A model generated the notes under the pieces. It saw only the letters and a program-made list of their open reading frames with translations, did not search any database and was not told where the DNA came from. A DNA stretch of 64,000 bases. It comes from an uncultured Planctomycetales bacterium. Its GTDB lineage: Bacteria > Omnitrophota > Gorgyraeia > Zapsychrales > JANLHA01. Position numbers and translations under genes: made by a program. The stretch is from the NCBI GenBank assembly GCA_964450385.1, contig CAYVEC010000002.1, forward strand, positions 1,262-65,261. The letters run 5' to 3'. Every line of letters starts with the position of its first letter. Position 1 is the stretch's first letter. Positions 18,423 through 26,510 of the stretch are shown one piece after another.

Positions 18423-20114
18423 TTACTGCATCTGCGCCTCGAGAAGTCCGAGTTTGTCCACTAAGCCGCGGTTCTCCTTCTCTAATATCTCAAGATAACT
18501 CGCCAGCTCTTTCATCTCCATGGCCGCCTCATCACGATCCAAACTATCGGCACGGTATTTCTGCTGGGCAATCTCCAGCGAACCCTTCAACGCCTTCTGG
18601 CGGGCCCGCAAGGCAGCCAGGGCCTGCTCCCTGGCCTGTTTATTTTCAACCGCCTTCACCTTGGCCTGGTCCCTCTCTTCAGCCAAAACCTGCGCCTGCT
18701 TCGCGCCCTCTGCCACATCGGTCTCAAGTTCCTTGAGCCGCTGGCTCAATGATGTCTCCTCGGCTGTCACACGCTCGAGCAGGCGAGACCGATCCGTCAT
18801 CTCCCGCTCCGCCGCCTTCCGCACCGCCTCCCTCGTCTCCTCAGCGAACCGCTGTTTGGCCCGCTGGGCTAAAAGATTCTGATATTCACTGCCGAACACC
18901 TTCTGCCGCATCCTCCCCGTCTCCTCGGCAGCGCCGGCCACGCGTGATGCCATCACCGCGAGCTCCGCCTTAAGCCCTTCCATGTCGCCTCGCAACCGAG
19001 CCGTCTCAGCCTCTTGGGCCGCGATCTCGCGCCCGATATCCGCCGAGTCCGACTGAAGGATCCGCTGCCGCGCAGCCAATTGTTCCTGCTCCCCAACGAG
19101 AACCAGTCGCTGATGGTCTGCCCCCGCGACCCCATCTTCGGCCGAGCGCTTGATCTCAAGGAACCGCGCCCGAGCGCGGAGCAACTCATTATGCTCACGG
19201 ACCTGGGCCCGCAGGCGCTCTAAGGCCTCAGCCTGTCGGTCAAAATCAGCGGTGATCTCCCGACGGACACGGGCCATGTCAGCGCTCGCCTCGCGGAGCG
19301 ATTGACTATACTGACGAAGCCCCGCAACCTTGAGTTCCGCTTCCTTCACCACGGAACGACCCTCACTGCGATAACGGCTCTTATGGCGCTCTAATAATGC
19401 GTATTGATCTTCAGCCTCTCGGATCTCTAGACGAAGGAGCGAGGCTCGCTCCTCAAGCCCCGACCGCTGGCGGAGGGTCTTTTCCTTTAAACCCAGCTGA
19501 TGGGTCCGCTCGACGTCAAGAAGATCGGCGTCGCCCTCTTTCGCAAAGATCCGCCGCCGGACATCCTGGACCATCTCACGGAGCTTAACGCGCTCTTCGG
19601 AATAATAATCCAGCAATTCATTCGGCGCGCGTCGAAGACCCCGCTCCTTAAGGACCTTGATCTCGGGGGTCAGGGCCTCGATCGTCTGCTGAGCGAGACG
19701 CTGTTCCTGAGTCTCCCTCTCGATCCGCTGGGCCACCCCGTCCTTCTCGAGAGTCAAAAAACGCTGGCGTTCTAAAATATTCGCGGCATGTTTGCGAAGG
19801 CCATCGAGTTCCCGGCCCTCGGCCTTGATTGTATTCCTCATCACGGCGGCCTCTTCCATCAAACGAGTCCGCCGATCGCTGAACGAACGCGATTCGTCAC
19901 GAATAAAGATCATCCTTTTTCGAAGGGCATCGTTCTTTCCGGCAAGCTGCTGGTTCTGATCAACCAATCCCTTGATCTTCTCCTGAAGGTCGATGAGGGT
20001 ATATTCAAGGAGGTCATCGGCGCTCATCCCGCCCTGCTGAGCGTGGGCGCCCACGGCCCAGACGCCGACGGCCACGATCGCCACAATGATGTTCAACCCC
20101 CTCTGTCCCCGCAT
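18423..20114 (-). CDS. secreted long coiled-coil protein of unknown function
   Basis: The signal peptide reads 'MRGQRGLNIIVAIVAVGVWAVGAHA'. About 540 aa are then dominated by Glu/Arg/Ala/Leu/Gln heptad-like sequence. It lies between pilC and pilA. Confidence 0.5.
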   Translation of the reverse strand: MRGQRGLNIIVAIVAVGVWAVGAHAQQGGMSADDLLEYTLIDLQEKIKGLVDQNQQLAGKNDALRKRMIFIRDESRSFSDRRTRLMEEAAVMRNTIKAEGRELDGLRKHAANILERQRFLTLEKDGVAQRIERETQEQRLAQQTIEALTPEIKVLKERGLRRAPNELLDYYSEERVKLREMVQDVRRRIFAKEGDADLLDVERTHQLGLKEKTLRQRSGLEERASLLRLEIREAEDQYALLERHKSRYRSEGRSVVKEAELKVAGLRQYSQSLREASADMARVRREITADFDRQAEALERLRAQVREHNELLRARARFLEIKRSAEDGVAGADHQRLVLVGEQEQLAARQRILQSDSADIGREIAAQEAETARLRGDMEGLKAELAVMASRVAGAAEETGRMRQKVFGSEYQNLLAQRAKQRFAEETREAVRKAAEREMTDRSRLLERVTAEETSLSQRLKELETDVAEGAKQAQVLAEERDQAKVKAVENKQAREQALAALRARQKALKGSLEIAQQKYRADSLDRDEAAMEMKELASYLEILEKENRGLVDKLGLLEAQMQ

Positions 20115-20131
20115 CGTCAGCCCCTCCACCC

Positions 20132-21337
20132 CTACTTAATCATCTGAGTCAGACTCAAGATCGGCATAAACAAGGCGATCACGATGAACCCAATGACAAC
20201 GCCCAAGACAACAATGATCACCGGTTCGATAATGCTCGTCAGACTCGCAACAGCGGCATCGACCTGGTCCTCATAAAACTCCGCAAGCTTGGTCAGCATC
20301 TTTTCAAGCTGACCGGATTTTTCGCCGATCGAGATCATCCGCGTCACCATCGGCGGGAAGACCGGACTTTTCATCAGTTGCGTGGCGATGCTATCGCCTT
20401 CACGAACGCTGTTTTTGACCGATTCGATGACGAGCTCGATCTCGCGATTGCCGCTCGTCCTGCCGACGATGTCAAGCGACTCAAGGATCGGCACACCGGT
20501 CTGGAGCAGGATCGCGAGCGTCCGGCTGAACCGGCTGATCACCGCCTTGCAGATGAGTTCTCCAAAAAGCGGGATGCGGAGCATCAGGCGGTCGATCGCC
20601 AACCGCCCCGCCGAGGTCCGATACCATCGCGCCAGAAAGAAAATGCCGACGACCAACGCCCCGAAGATCCACAACAAGTATTTCTTGAGAAAATCGCTCA
20701 TGTCGATCAGGATCTGGGTCATCCAGGGGAGCTCTGTGTCGAACGATTCATAGATCTCGGCAAAGGCCGGGACCATCTTCACGAGCAGGAGCGTGGTGAT
20801 CCCGATGGCGACACACACAACAACCGCGGGATAGGTCAAGGCCGAAATGACCTTGCGGCGCAGTTTCGCGCTTTTCTCAAGATACCCCGAGATCCGGTCC
20901 AGGATCTTGCTCAAGACCCCGCCGGTCTCGCCGACCTTCACCATGTTCACAAAGAGATTATCAAACACCTTCGGATGTTTGGCGAAGGCGGCCGACAGAC
21001 TACTGCCCAATTGAATGTCCTCGCGGAGTGAGCCGATGACCATCCTAAAATACGGATGGGTCATCTGCTCTTCAAGGGCCTCTAGGCACTGGAGGATCGG
21101 AATGCCCGCCTCGACCATCGTCGCAAGCTGCCGGGAAAAAATAACAAGGTCATCGGATTTGACCTTCTTCCGTTGAAAGGAGAACGCAATCCCCTTCTGC
21201 CTCACCTCGACGATCGAAACGACCATCAGGTTGCGGTTGCGGAGCTCGGAGACCACTCCTTTTTCATTATCAGCGGTGACGGAACCCATCACGGTCTGGG
21301 CATTATGGTCCTTCGCGACATACTTATAAGTCGGCAT
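20132..21337 (-). CDS. pilC: type IV pilus inner-membrane platform protein PilC (GspF family)
   Basis: The 401-aa product has two GspF repeats with three TM segments. Confidence 0.88.
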   Translation of the reverse strand: MPTYKYVAKDHNAQTVMGSVTADNEKGVVSELRNRNLMVVSIVEVRQKGIAFSFQRKKVKSDDLVIFSRQLATMVEAGIPILQCLEALEEQMTHPYFRMVIGSLREDIQLGSSLSAAFAKHPKVFDNLFVNMVKVGETGGVLSKILDRISGYLEKSAKLRRKVISALTYPAVVVCVAIGITTLLLVKMVPAFAEIYESFDTELPWMTQILIDMSDFLKKYLLWIFGALVVGIFFLARWYRTSAGRLAIDRLMLRIPLFGELICKAVISRFSRTLAILLQTGVPILESLDIVGRTSGNREIELVIESVKNSVREGDSIATQLMKSPVFPPMVTRMISIGEKSGQLEKMLTKLAEFYEDQVDAAVASLTSIIEPVIIVVLGVVIGFIVIALFMPILSLTQMIK

Positions 21338-21429
21338 TGCAATCCCTCTTATAATATGATGATTACAAAAAATATTTTATCATGTTTGTATCTTCAGAAT
21401 ATTGATTTCTGAGATTTCTTTACGCCGGA

Positions 21430-23139
21430 TCAAATGTCGCTCGTTGCGATCCGAAGGGCCTCCTCAAGACTCGTGAGACCCGCAGCGCACTTTCCGATCA
21501 CATCATCCCACAACGTGACCATCCCTCGGTCCGCGCAGGCGTACTTTTTGATCGCATCCGATGATTCGCCCCGAATGAGCATCGTGCGCACCGCATCATC
21601 GATCTCGAGGACCTCGGTGACCCCGAGACGGCCATGATATCCCGTGCCGCGGCAGATGTCGCATCCCCGGGCGCGATAAAAAATCGTTCCGGGAGGAGCC
21701 TCGACGTGCAACCGCGCCAAGGCATCGGCGGGAACATCCTCGCGCTCCTTACAATGACTGCAAAGACGACGGCAGAGACGCTGGGCGCACACAAGGACGA
21801 GACTCGATGCAACAAGGAACGGCTCAATCCCCATATCAACAAGCCGGGTCAAGGCGCCGGCGGCATCGTTCGTGTGCAGGGTCGAGAGCACGAGCTGGCC
21901 GGTCAGCGCTGCCTTGATCGCAATATCCGCGGTCTCACCATCGCGGATCTCGCCGACCATGACGACGTCGGGACTCTGACGAAGGATCGCACGAAGGGCC
22001 GAGGCAAAGGTCAGTCCGATTTCAGGCCGGGCCTCGATCTGGGTCAACCCCTCGACAAGGTATTCAACCGGGTCTTCGACCGTAATGATGTTCCGGTCAA
22101 CGGTGTTCAATTCATTGATGACCGAATACAAGGTCGTCGACTTTCCACTCCCCGTCGGTCCGGTCACCAAGAGCATCCCGAAGGGTTTATACATCCCCTC
22201 CTTCAGGACCTCGGTAGCCCGCGGCGAAAACCCCAGACCGCTTAATCCCACACTCAAATTTTTCTTATCAAGAACACGCAGGACCACCTTCTGCCCGAAC
22301 GTCGTCGGCAGGAGGGACACGCGGAAATCTACTTCCGTCGAAGAGAACCTCATCTTGAACCGTCCATCCTGAGGGGCCCGCGTCTGCGTAATATCAACGC
22401 GGGACATAATCTTAATTCGAACGATCACCGCGTTCTGATTGTCTTTCGGCACATTCATAATATCTTGGAGAACTCCGTCGATGCGGAAACGCACCCGCAT
22501 CCCTTCGGGGGCCGGCTCGAGATGGATGTCCGAGGCACGTTGGCGAAGGGCCTCTTTGATCATAAGATTAACCAGCCGAATGATCGGCGCCTGTTCGCCC
22601 TCATCGGCCCCTCCGTCGGCCACGTGATTGTCGGCCCGTTCGGTCACGATCTCAAAGTCCTTCAAATCGATATCACGGCTGAGATCACGGACACTGTCCG
22701 TAACCGCACCGCTGTAATAATCCTCGATCGCCTGCATAATATCGGTTTCCGTCCCCATCACCATATCGATGTCGTGCCCGGTAATATTCTTCAGGTCATC
22801 CGTCACAAACACATTGAGGGGATCAGCGATCGCGACCGTGATCGTGTCTTTCAGACGAGAGAGGGGGACAATGTGATACTGCCGGGCGACGCGCTCGGGA
22901 ACCAGATTCTTCAGTTCAGGACTGATCTTATATTTCTTTAAATTAATGAACGGGATCCTGAGCTCCTTCACGAGCGAGGTCAGCATGTCCTCTTCTTTGA
23001 TCAGCCCCTTCTCGATCAGAGCCCGATCCAGAGAGATCCCCCGGCTCTCCTGAAGGGCGATCGCCGACTCGATCTCCTTCTGCGGGATCTTTAATGACTC
23101 GATCAGGGCCTTAATGATCTTTTGCTTTAACGTATCCAC
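21430..23139 (-). CDS. pilB: type IV pilus assembly ATPase, PilB/GspE family (paralog B)
   Basis: The 569-aa product has an N-terminal GspE_N domain and Walker A 'GPTGSGKST'. It carries the tetracysteine motif 'CSHC...CDIC'. Confidence 0.85.
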   Translation of the reverse strand: MDTLKQKIIKALIESLKIPQKEIESAIALQESRGISLDRALIEKGLIKEEDMLTSLVKELRIPFINLKKYKISPELKNLVPERVARQYHIVPLSRLKDTITVAIADPLNVFVTDDLKNITGHDIDMVMGTETDIMQAIEDYYSGAVTDSVRDLSRDIDLKDFEIVTERADNHVADGGADEGEQAPIIRLVNLMIKEALRQRASDIHLEPAPEGMRVRFRIDGVLQDIMNVPKDNQNAVIVRIKIMSRVDITQTRAPQDGRFKMRFSSTEVDFRVSLLPTTFGQKVVLRVLDKKNLSVGLSGLGFSPRATEVLKEGMYKPFGMLLVTGPTGSGKSTTLYSVINELNTVDRNIITVEDPVEYLVEGLTQIEARPEIGLTFASALRAILRQSPDVVMVGEIRDGETADIAIKAALTGQLVLSTLHTNDAAGALTRLVDMGIEPFLVASSLVLVCAQRLCRRLCSHCKEREDVPADALARLHVEAPPGTIFYRARGCDICRGTGYHGRLGVTEVLEIDDAVRTMLIRGESSDAIKKYACADRGMVTLWDDVIGKCAAGLTSLEEALRIATSDI

Positions 23140-23143
23140 GTTA

Positions 23144-24859
23144 TTACCCTATTCCTTCGTCAGGCGCGGTGACACGCAGAACCTCCTCAAGCGAGGTGTG
23201 CCCAGCCACCGCCTTCAAAAGCCCGTCCTCACGCATCGTCCGCATCCCTTCTCGCCGTCCGACCTCTTTGATCTTAAGCTCCCCGGACTGATGGAGGATC
23301 TCTTCACGCACCGGGGCCGTGAGGACGAGAAGCTCGCAAATAACAACCCGGCCGACATACCCAGTATTAAGGCACTCGGGACACCCCCTGCCGCGATACA
23401 GGCGGAACGTCTTCTCACCTAAGAGGGCCGTCAACCCCACCCGGCGAGCGAGCTCCGGCACAACCTCATACGATTCGCGGCATCGCGGACAGATCCGCCG
23501 GACAAGACGCTGCCCGGTGATCGCCAGGACCGAAGAGCACAGGAGAAACGGCTCGATCCCCATGTTCATCATGCGGATGATCGACCCTGCCGCCGTTGTC
23601 GTATGCAGGGAACTTAAGACCAGATGCCCAGTCAGCGCGGCCTTGACCGCGATATCCAGGGTCTCGGTATCCCGGATCTCACCGATCATGATGATATCAG
23701 GATCCTGCCGGAGGATCGAACGCAGGGCCGAGGCAAAGGTCAAACCTACCGACGGCCGGACATTCACCTGATTGATGCCCTTGACCTGATATTCAACCGG
23801 GTCCTCGACCGTGATGATGTTCTTCCCTGGAGAATCGACAAATTTCAGAACGGAATACAGGGTCGTGGTCTTCCCGCTCCCCGTCGGACCGCACGAGAGG
23901 ATCATCCCGTGGGGATGGAGCGAGACCTCCTTGAGACGGGCCAGATCCGACTCCTCAAACCCAAGCTTCTCAAGGTCCAACGCCCCAGCGGATTTGTCAA
24001 GGACGCGGAGCACGATCTTCTCACCGAACGCCGTCGGCAAGACATTGACACGGAAATCAATCTCACGGCCGTTGACCACGGTCTTGAACCGCCCGTCCTG
24101 CGGCAACCGGTGCTCCGAAATATCAAGATTGGAAACAACCTTAATCCGTGAAATGATCGGCTGATGCAGGGCCTTGGCCATCTGATCGATCTCGCGAATG
24201 ATACCGTCGATACGATACCGAATACGGAGCGTCGCCTCCATCGGTTCGATGAACACATCGCTCGCCTTCGCAAGGACCGACTGATGAATGATCGTGTCCG
24301 TCAACTTGATCATCGGGGCGTCCTGGACGATGTCCGTCACCTTAACATCACCCACCCCGTCACTCTTCACGAGCTCGCCGTCCTCAGAGATGTCTTTAAT
24401 GATGTCCTTAAGGGCCGCGCTCGTATCGGCAGAATAATATTTATCGATGGTCTGTTGGATCTGGGCCGAACGACCGATGATCGGAATGATGTTCAGGCCT
24501 GTCAGGACCTGGACATTATCGATCGCAAAAATATTGAGGGGATCGGCCATGGCGAGGGTGAGGTTATCCCCCATCCGCGAGACCGGCATGATCTTGTTTT
24601 TCTCGGCGACAGCGCGCGGGATGATCTTGACGACCTCGGGATCGATGCGCAGGCGCGAGATGTCGATCGGCGGCATCCCAAGCCCCTCGCTTAACGCATG
24701 GGTCAGATCGTCCTCGGTCACCAGCTTCATCTGAACCAGGATCCGGCTCAGCTCGCCCCCGGATTTCTTTTGCTCATCGAGGGCCCGCTGAAGGTCCGCC
24801 TCTTTGATGATCTGATCCCTGATCAGGACCTGCTGTAAACGTTCCTTGAGCGAGAACAT
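23144..24859 (-). CDS. pilB: type IV pilus assembly ATPase, PilB/GspE family (paralog A)
   Basis: The 571-aa product has an N-terminal GspE_N domain and Walker A 'GPTGSGKTT'. It carries the tetracysteine motif 'CPRC...CPEC'. Confidence 0.85.
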   Translation of the reverse strand: MFSLKERLQQVLIRDQIIKEADLQRALDEQKKSGGELSRILVQMKLVTEDDLTHALSEGLGMPPIDISRLRIDPEVVKIIPRAVAEKNKIMPVSRMGDNLTLAMADPLNIFAIDNVQVLTGLNIIPIIGRSAQIQQTIDKYYSADTSAALKDIIKDISEDGELVKSDGVGDVKVTDIVQDAPMIKLTDTIIHQSVLAKASDVFIEPMEATLRIRYRIDGIIREIDQMAKALHQPIISRIKVVSNLDISEHRLPQDGRFKTVVNGREIDFRVNVLPTAFGEKIVLRVLDKSAGALDLEKLGFEESDLARLKEVSLHPHGMILSCGPTGSGKTTTLYSVLKFVDSPGKNIITVEDPVEYQVKGINQVNVRPSVGLTFASALRSILRQDPDIIMIGEIRDTETLDIAVKAALTGHLVLSSLHTTTAAGSIIRMMNMGIEPFLLCSSVLAITGQRLVRRICPRCRESYEVVPELARRVGLTALLGEKTFRLYRGRGCPECLNTGYVGRVVICELLVLTAPVREEILHQSGELKIKEVGRREGMRTMREDGLLKAVAGHTSLEEVLRVTAPDEGIG

Positions 24860-24862
24860 GCC

Positions 24863-25312
24863 TTATGATTTCCGGTAATATTTCGTGATCGCCTCTTTAA
24901 TATCCGCGCCCGTCGCGACAAAGGTCTGAACGCTGCACCCGGTCAAGGCCTCAACATCCTCAACGGCAGTCATGTTCAACGGATCGGCCATGGCCAAGGT
25001 CAGGCTCTTTCCGATCTTATCGATCGGGATCAGACAAAACCGGCGGCAGACATCTTCAGGAACCGCGTCGAGAACTTCCTGATCGATCTCATAATTCGCC
25101 AAAGGCAAGTAAGGAAAACCATATTGACAGGTCAGGGCCTGCGCGATATCCTCTTCGGTGGCGAATTTCAGTTCGACGAGGACCTCACCAAAGAGCCCGC
25201 CTTTTTCTTTTTGAAAGGCCATGGCCGCGAGAACCTGATCCGCGTTGATCACGCCTCGGTCGATGAGGAGCTCGCCCAAATGTTTATTTGACGCCCGCTT
25301 TAAATTCTTCAT
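24863..25312 (-). CDS. standalone GspE_N/MshEN-like domain protein (candidate c-di-GMP binding)
   Basis: It runs about 150 aa from the internal Met 'MKNLKRASNKHLGELLIDRGVINADQVLAAMAFQ'. This fits the MshEN motif pattern RLGxxLxxxGxIxxxQLxxALxxQ. It has no ATPase domain. Confidence 0.55.
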   Translation of the reverse strand: MKNLKRASNKHLGELLIDRGVINADQVLAAMAFQKEKGGLFGEVLVELKFATEEDIAQALTCQYGFPYLPLANYEIDQEVLDAVPEDVCRRFCLIPIDKIGKSLTLAMADPLNMTAVEDVEALTGCSVQTFVATGADIKEAITKYYRKS

Positions 25313-25400
25313 CCATCCCCCGATCACCCAAAATCTTGCGCTTATTGTACTACAGAACACACCTTCGCTCAATTTATAGTATTATTAATGCTACTATATT

Positions 25401-26507
25401 TTAAAAAATGGTCCGGCGCCGACTCAAGCTCAACAGGAGCCCAATCATCACAACAGAGATCATATAGGATGACCGGCCAAAACTCACGAGCGGCAAAGTC
25501 AGCCCCACGACTGGACAGAGCCCCAAGACCATCCCGATATTGATAACGACCTGAAGAATAAAAATACCCACGATCCCAACGGCGAGATGGACCCCAAATC
25601 GGTCCTGGCTCTCCTCCGCGACCTTGAGACCGCAATACATGAGAACCGCATAACACGCCACCACAAAAAGGGTTCCCGCAAGCCCCCACTCCTCGCCAAT
25701 AACGGAAAAAATAAAATCCGTGTGCCTCTCCGGCAAGAAATTCAACTGATTCTGCGTGCCCTCAAGCCATCCCTTCCCGAGCACCCCCCCGGAACCGATC
25801 GCGATCTTTGACTGAATGATCGTGTAGCCCGCGCCCAAAGGATCAATGTTCGGGTTAAGAAAAACAAGGAGCCGGTCGCGCTGATAGGGTTTGAGAATAT
25901 GCCAGGCAAAAGGCATCAGGCAAAGACAGGCCCCCAAGAACCCGCCTAAATATTTATACGACAGCCCGCTGGCAAAGGCCATAATAACGAAGATCCCCAG
26001 GAAGAGGAGCGCAGTCCCGAGGTCCGGCTGTTTAAAGATGAGCAGCGTCGGAAAAAGAACAAGGATCAGGGGCACTCCGAGATCCATCCAGATATCACCA
26101 TAGAGGACCTCATCCTTAAAAGCAAATGAGGAACGGCGCTCAGCAAAATACCTGGCCAGGACAAAGATCACCCCTAGTTTCGCGAATTCCGACGGCTGAA
26201 AACTGATCCCGGCGAAAGAGAACCATCGCGTCGCGCCCAAGGCATGACGGCCCATAAGCAGGACAAGGATCAGGAGGAGGACGATCCCGCCGTAATAACC
26301 ATACGCGATATCATAACAATGACGATAATCCATGCGGCTCAAGAGAAACATCACGACGATGCCTGCCACGGCAAAAAAAAGCTGGGCATAAAAGACCTCA
26401 TTCGACACGCGCACATTCTGATACGAGGCGCTATATAAGGCCACGAGCCCCGCCGCCATAATGAGGATCGTGCTGACCCAAATGCCTATCGAGAGATAAC
26501 GATTCAT
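25401..26507 (-). CDS. rodA: SEDS-family peptidoglycan glycosyltransferase RodA
   Basis: The 368-aa polytopic membrane protein sits immediately downstream of PBP2. Confidence 0.85.
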   Translation of the reverse strand: MNRYLSIGIWVSTILIMAAGLVALYSASYQNVRVSNEVFYAQLFFAVAGIVVMFLLSRMDYRHCYDIAYGYYGGIVLLLILVLLMGRHALGATRWFSFAGISFQPSEFAKLGVIFVLARYFAERRSSFAFKDEVLYGDIWMDLGVPLILVLFPTLLIFKQPDLGTALLFLGIFVIMAFASGLSYKYLGGFLGACLCLMPFAWHILKPYQRDRLLVFLNPNIDPLGAGYTIIQSKIAIGSGGVLGKGWLEGTQNQLNFLPERHTDFIFSVIGEEWGLAGTLFVVACYAVLMYCGLKVAEESQDRFGVHLAVGIVGIFILQVVINIGMVLGLCPVVGLTLPLVSFGRSSYMISVVMIGLLLSLSRRRTIF

Positions 26508-26510
26508 CGG

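Noticed and set aside
20378-21031. 217-aa and 123-aa plus-strand ORFs inside pilC
   Set aside because: They lie opposite a convincing GspF-family gene. They are typical antisense artefacts.
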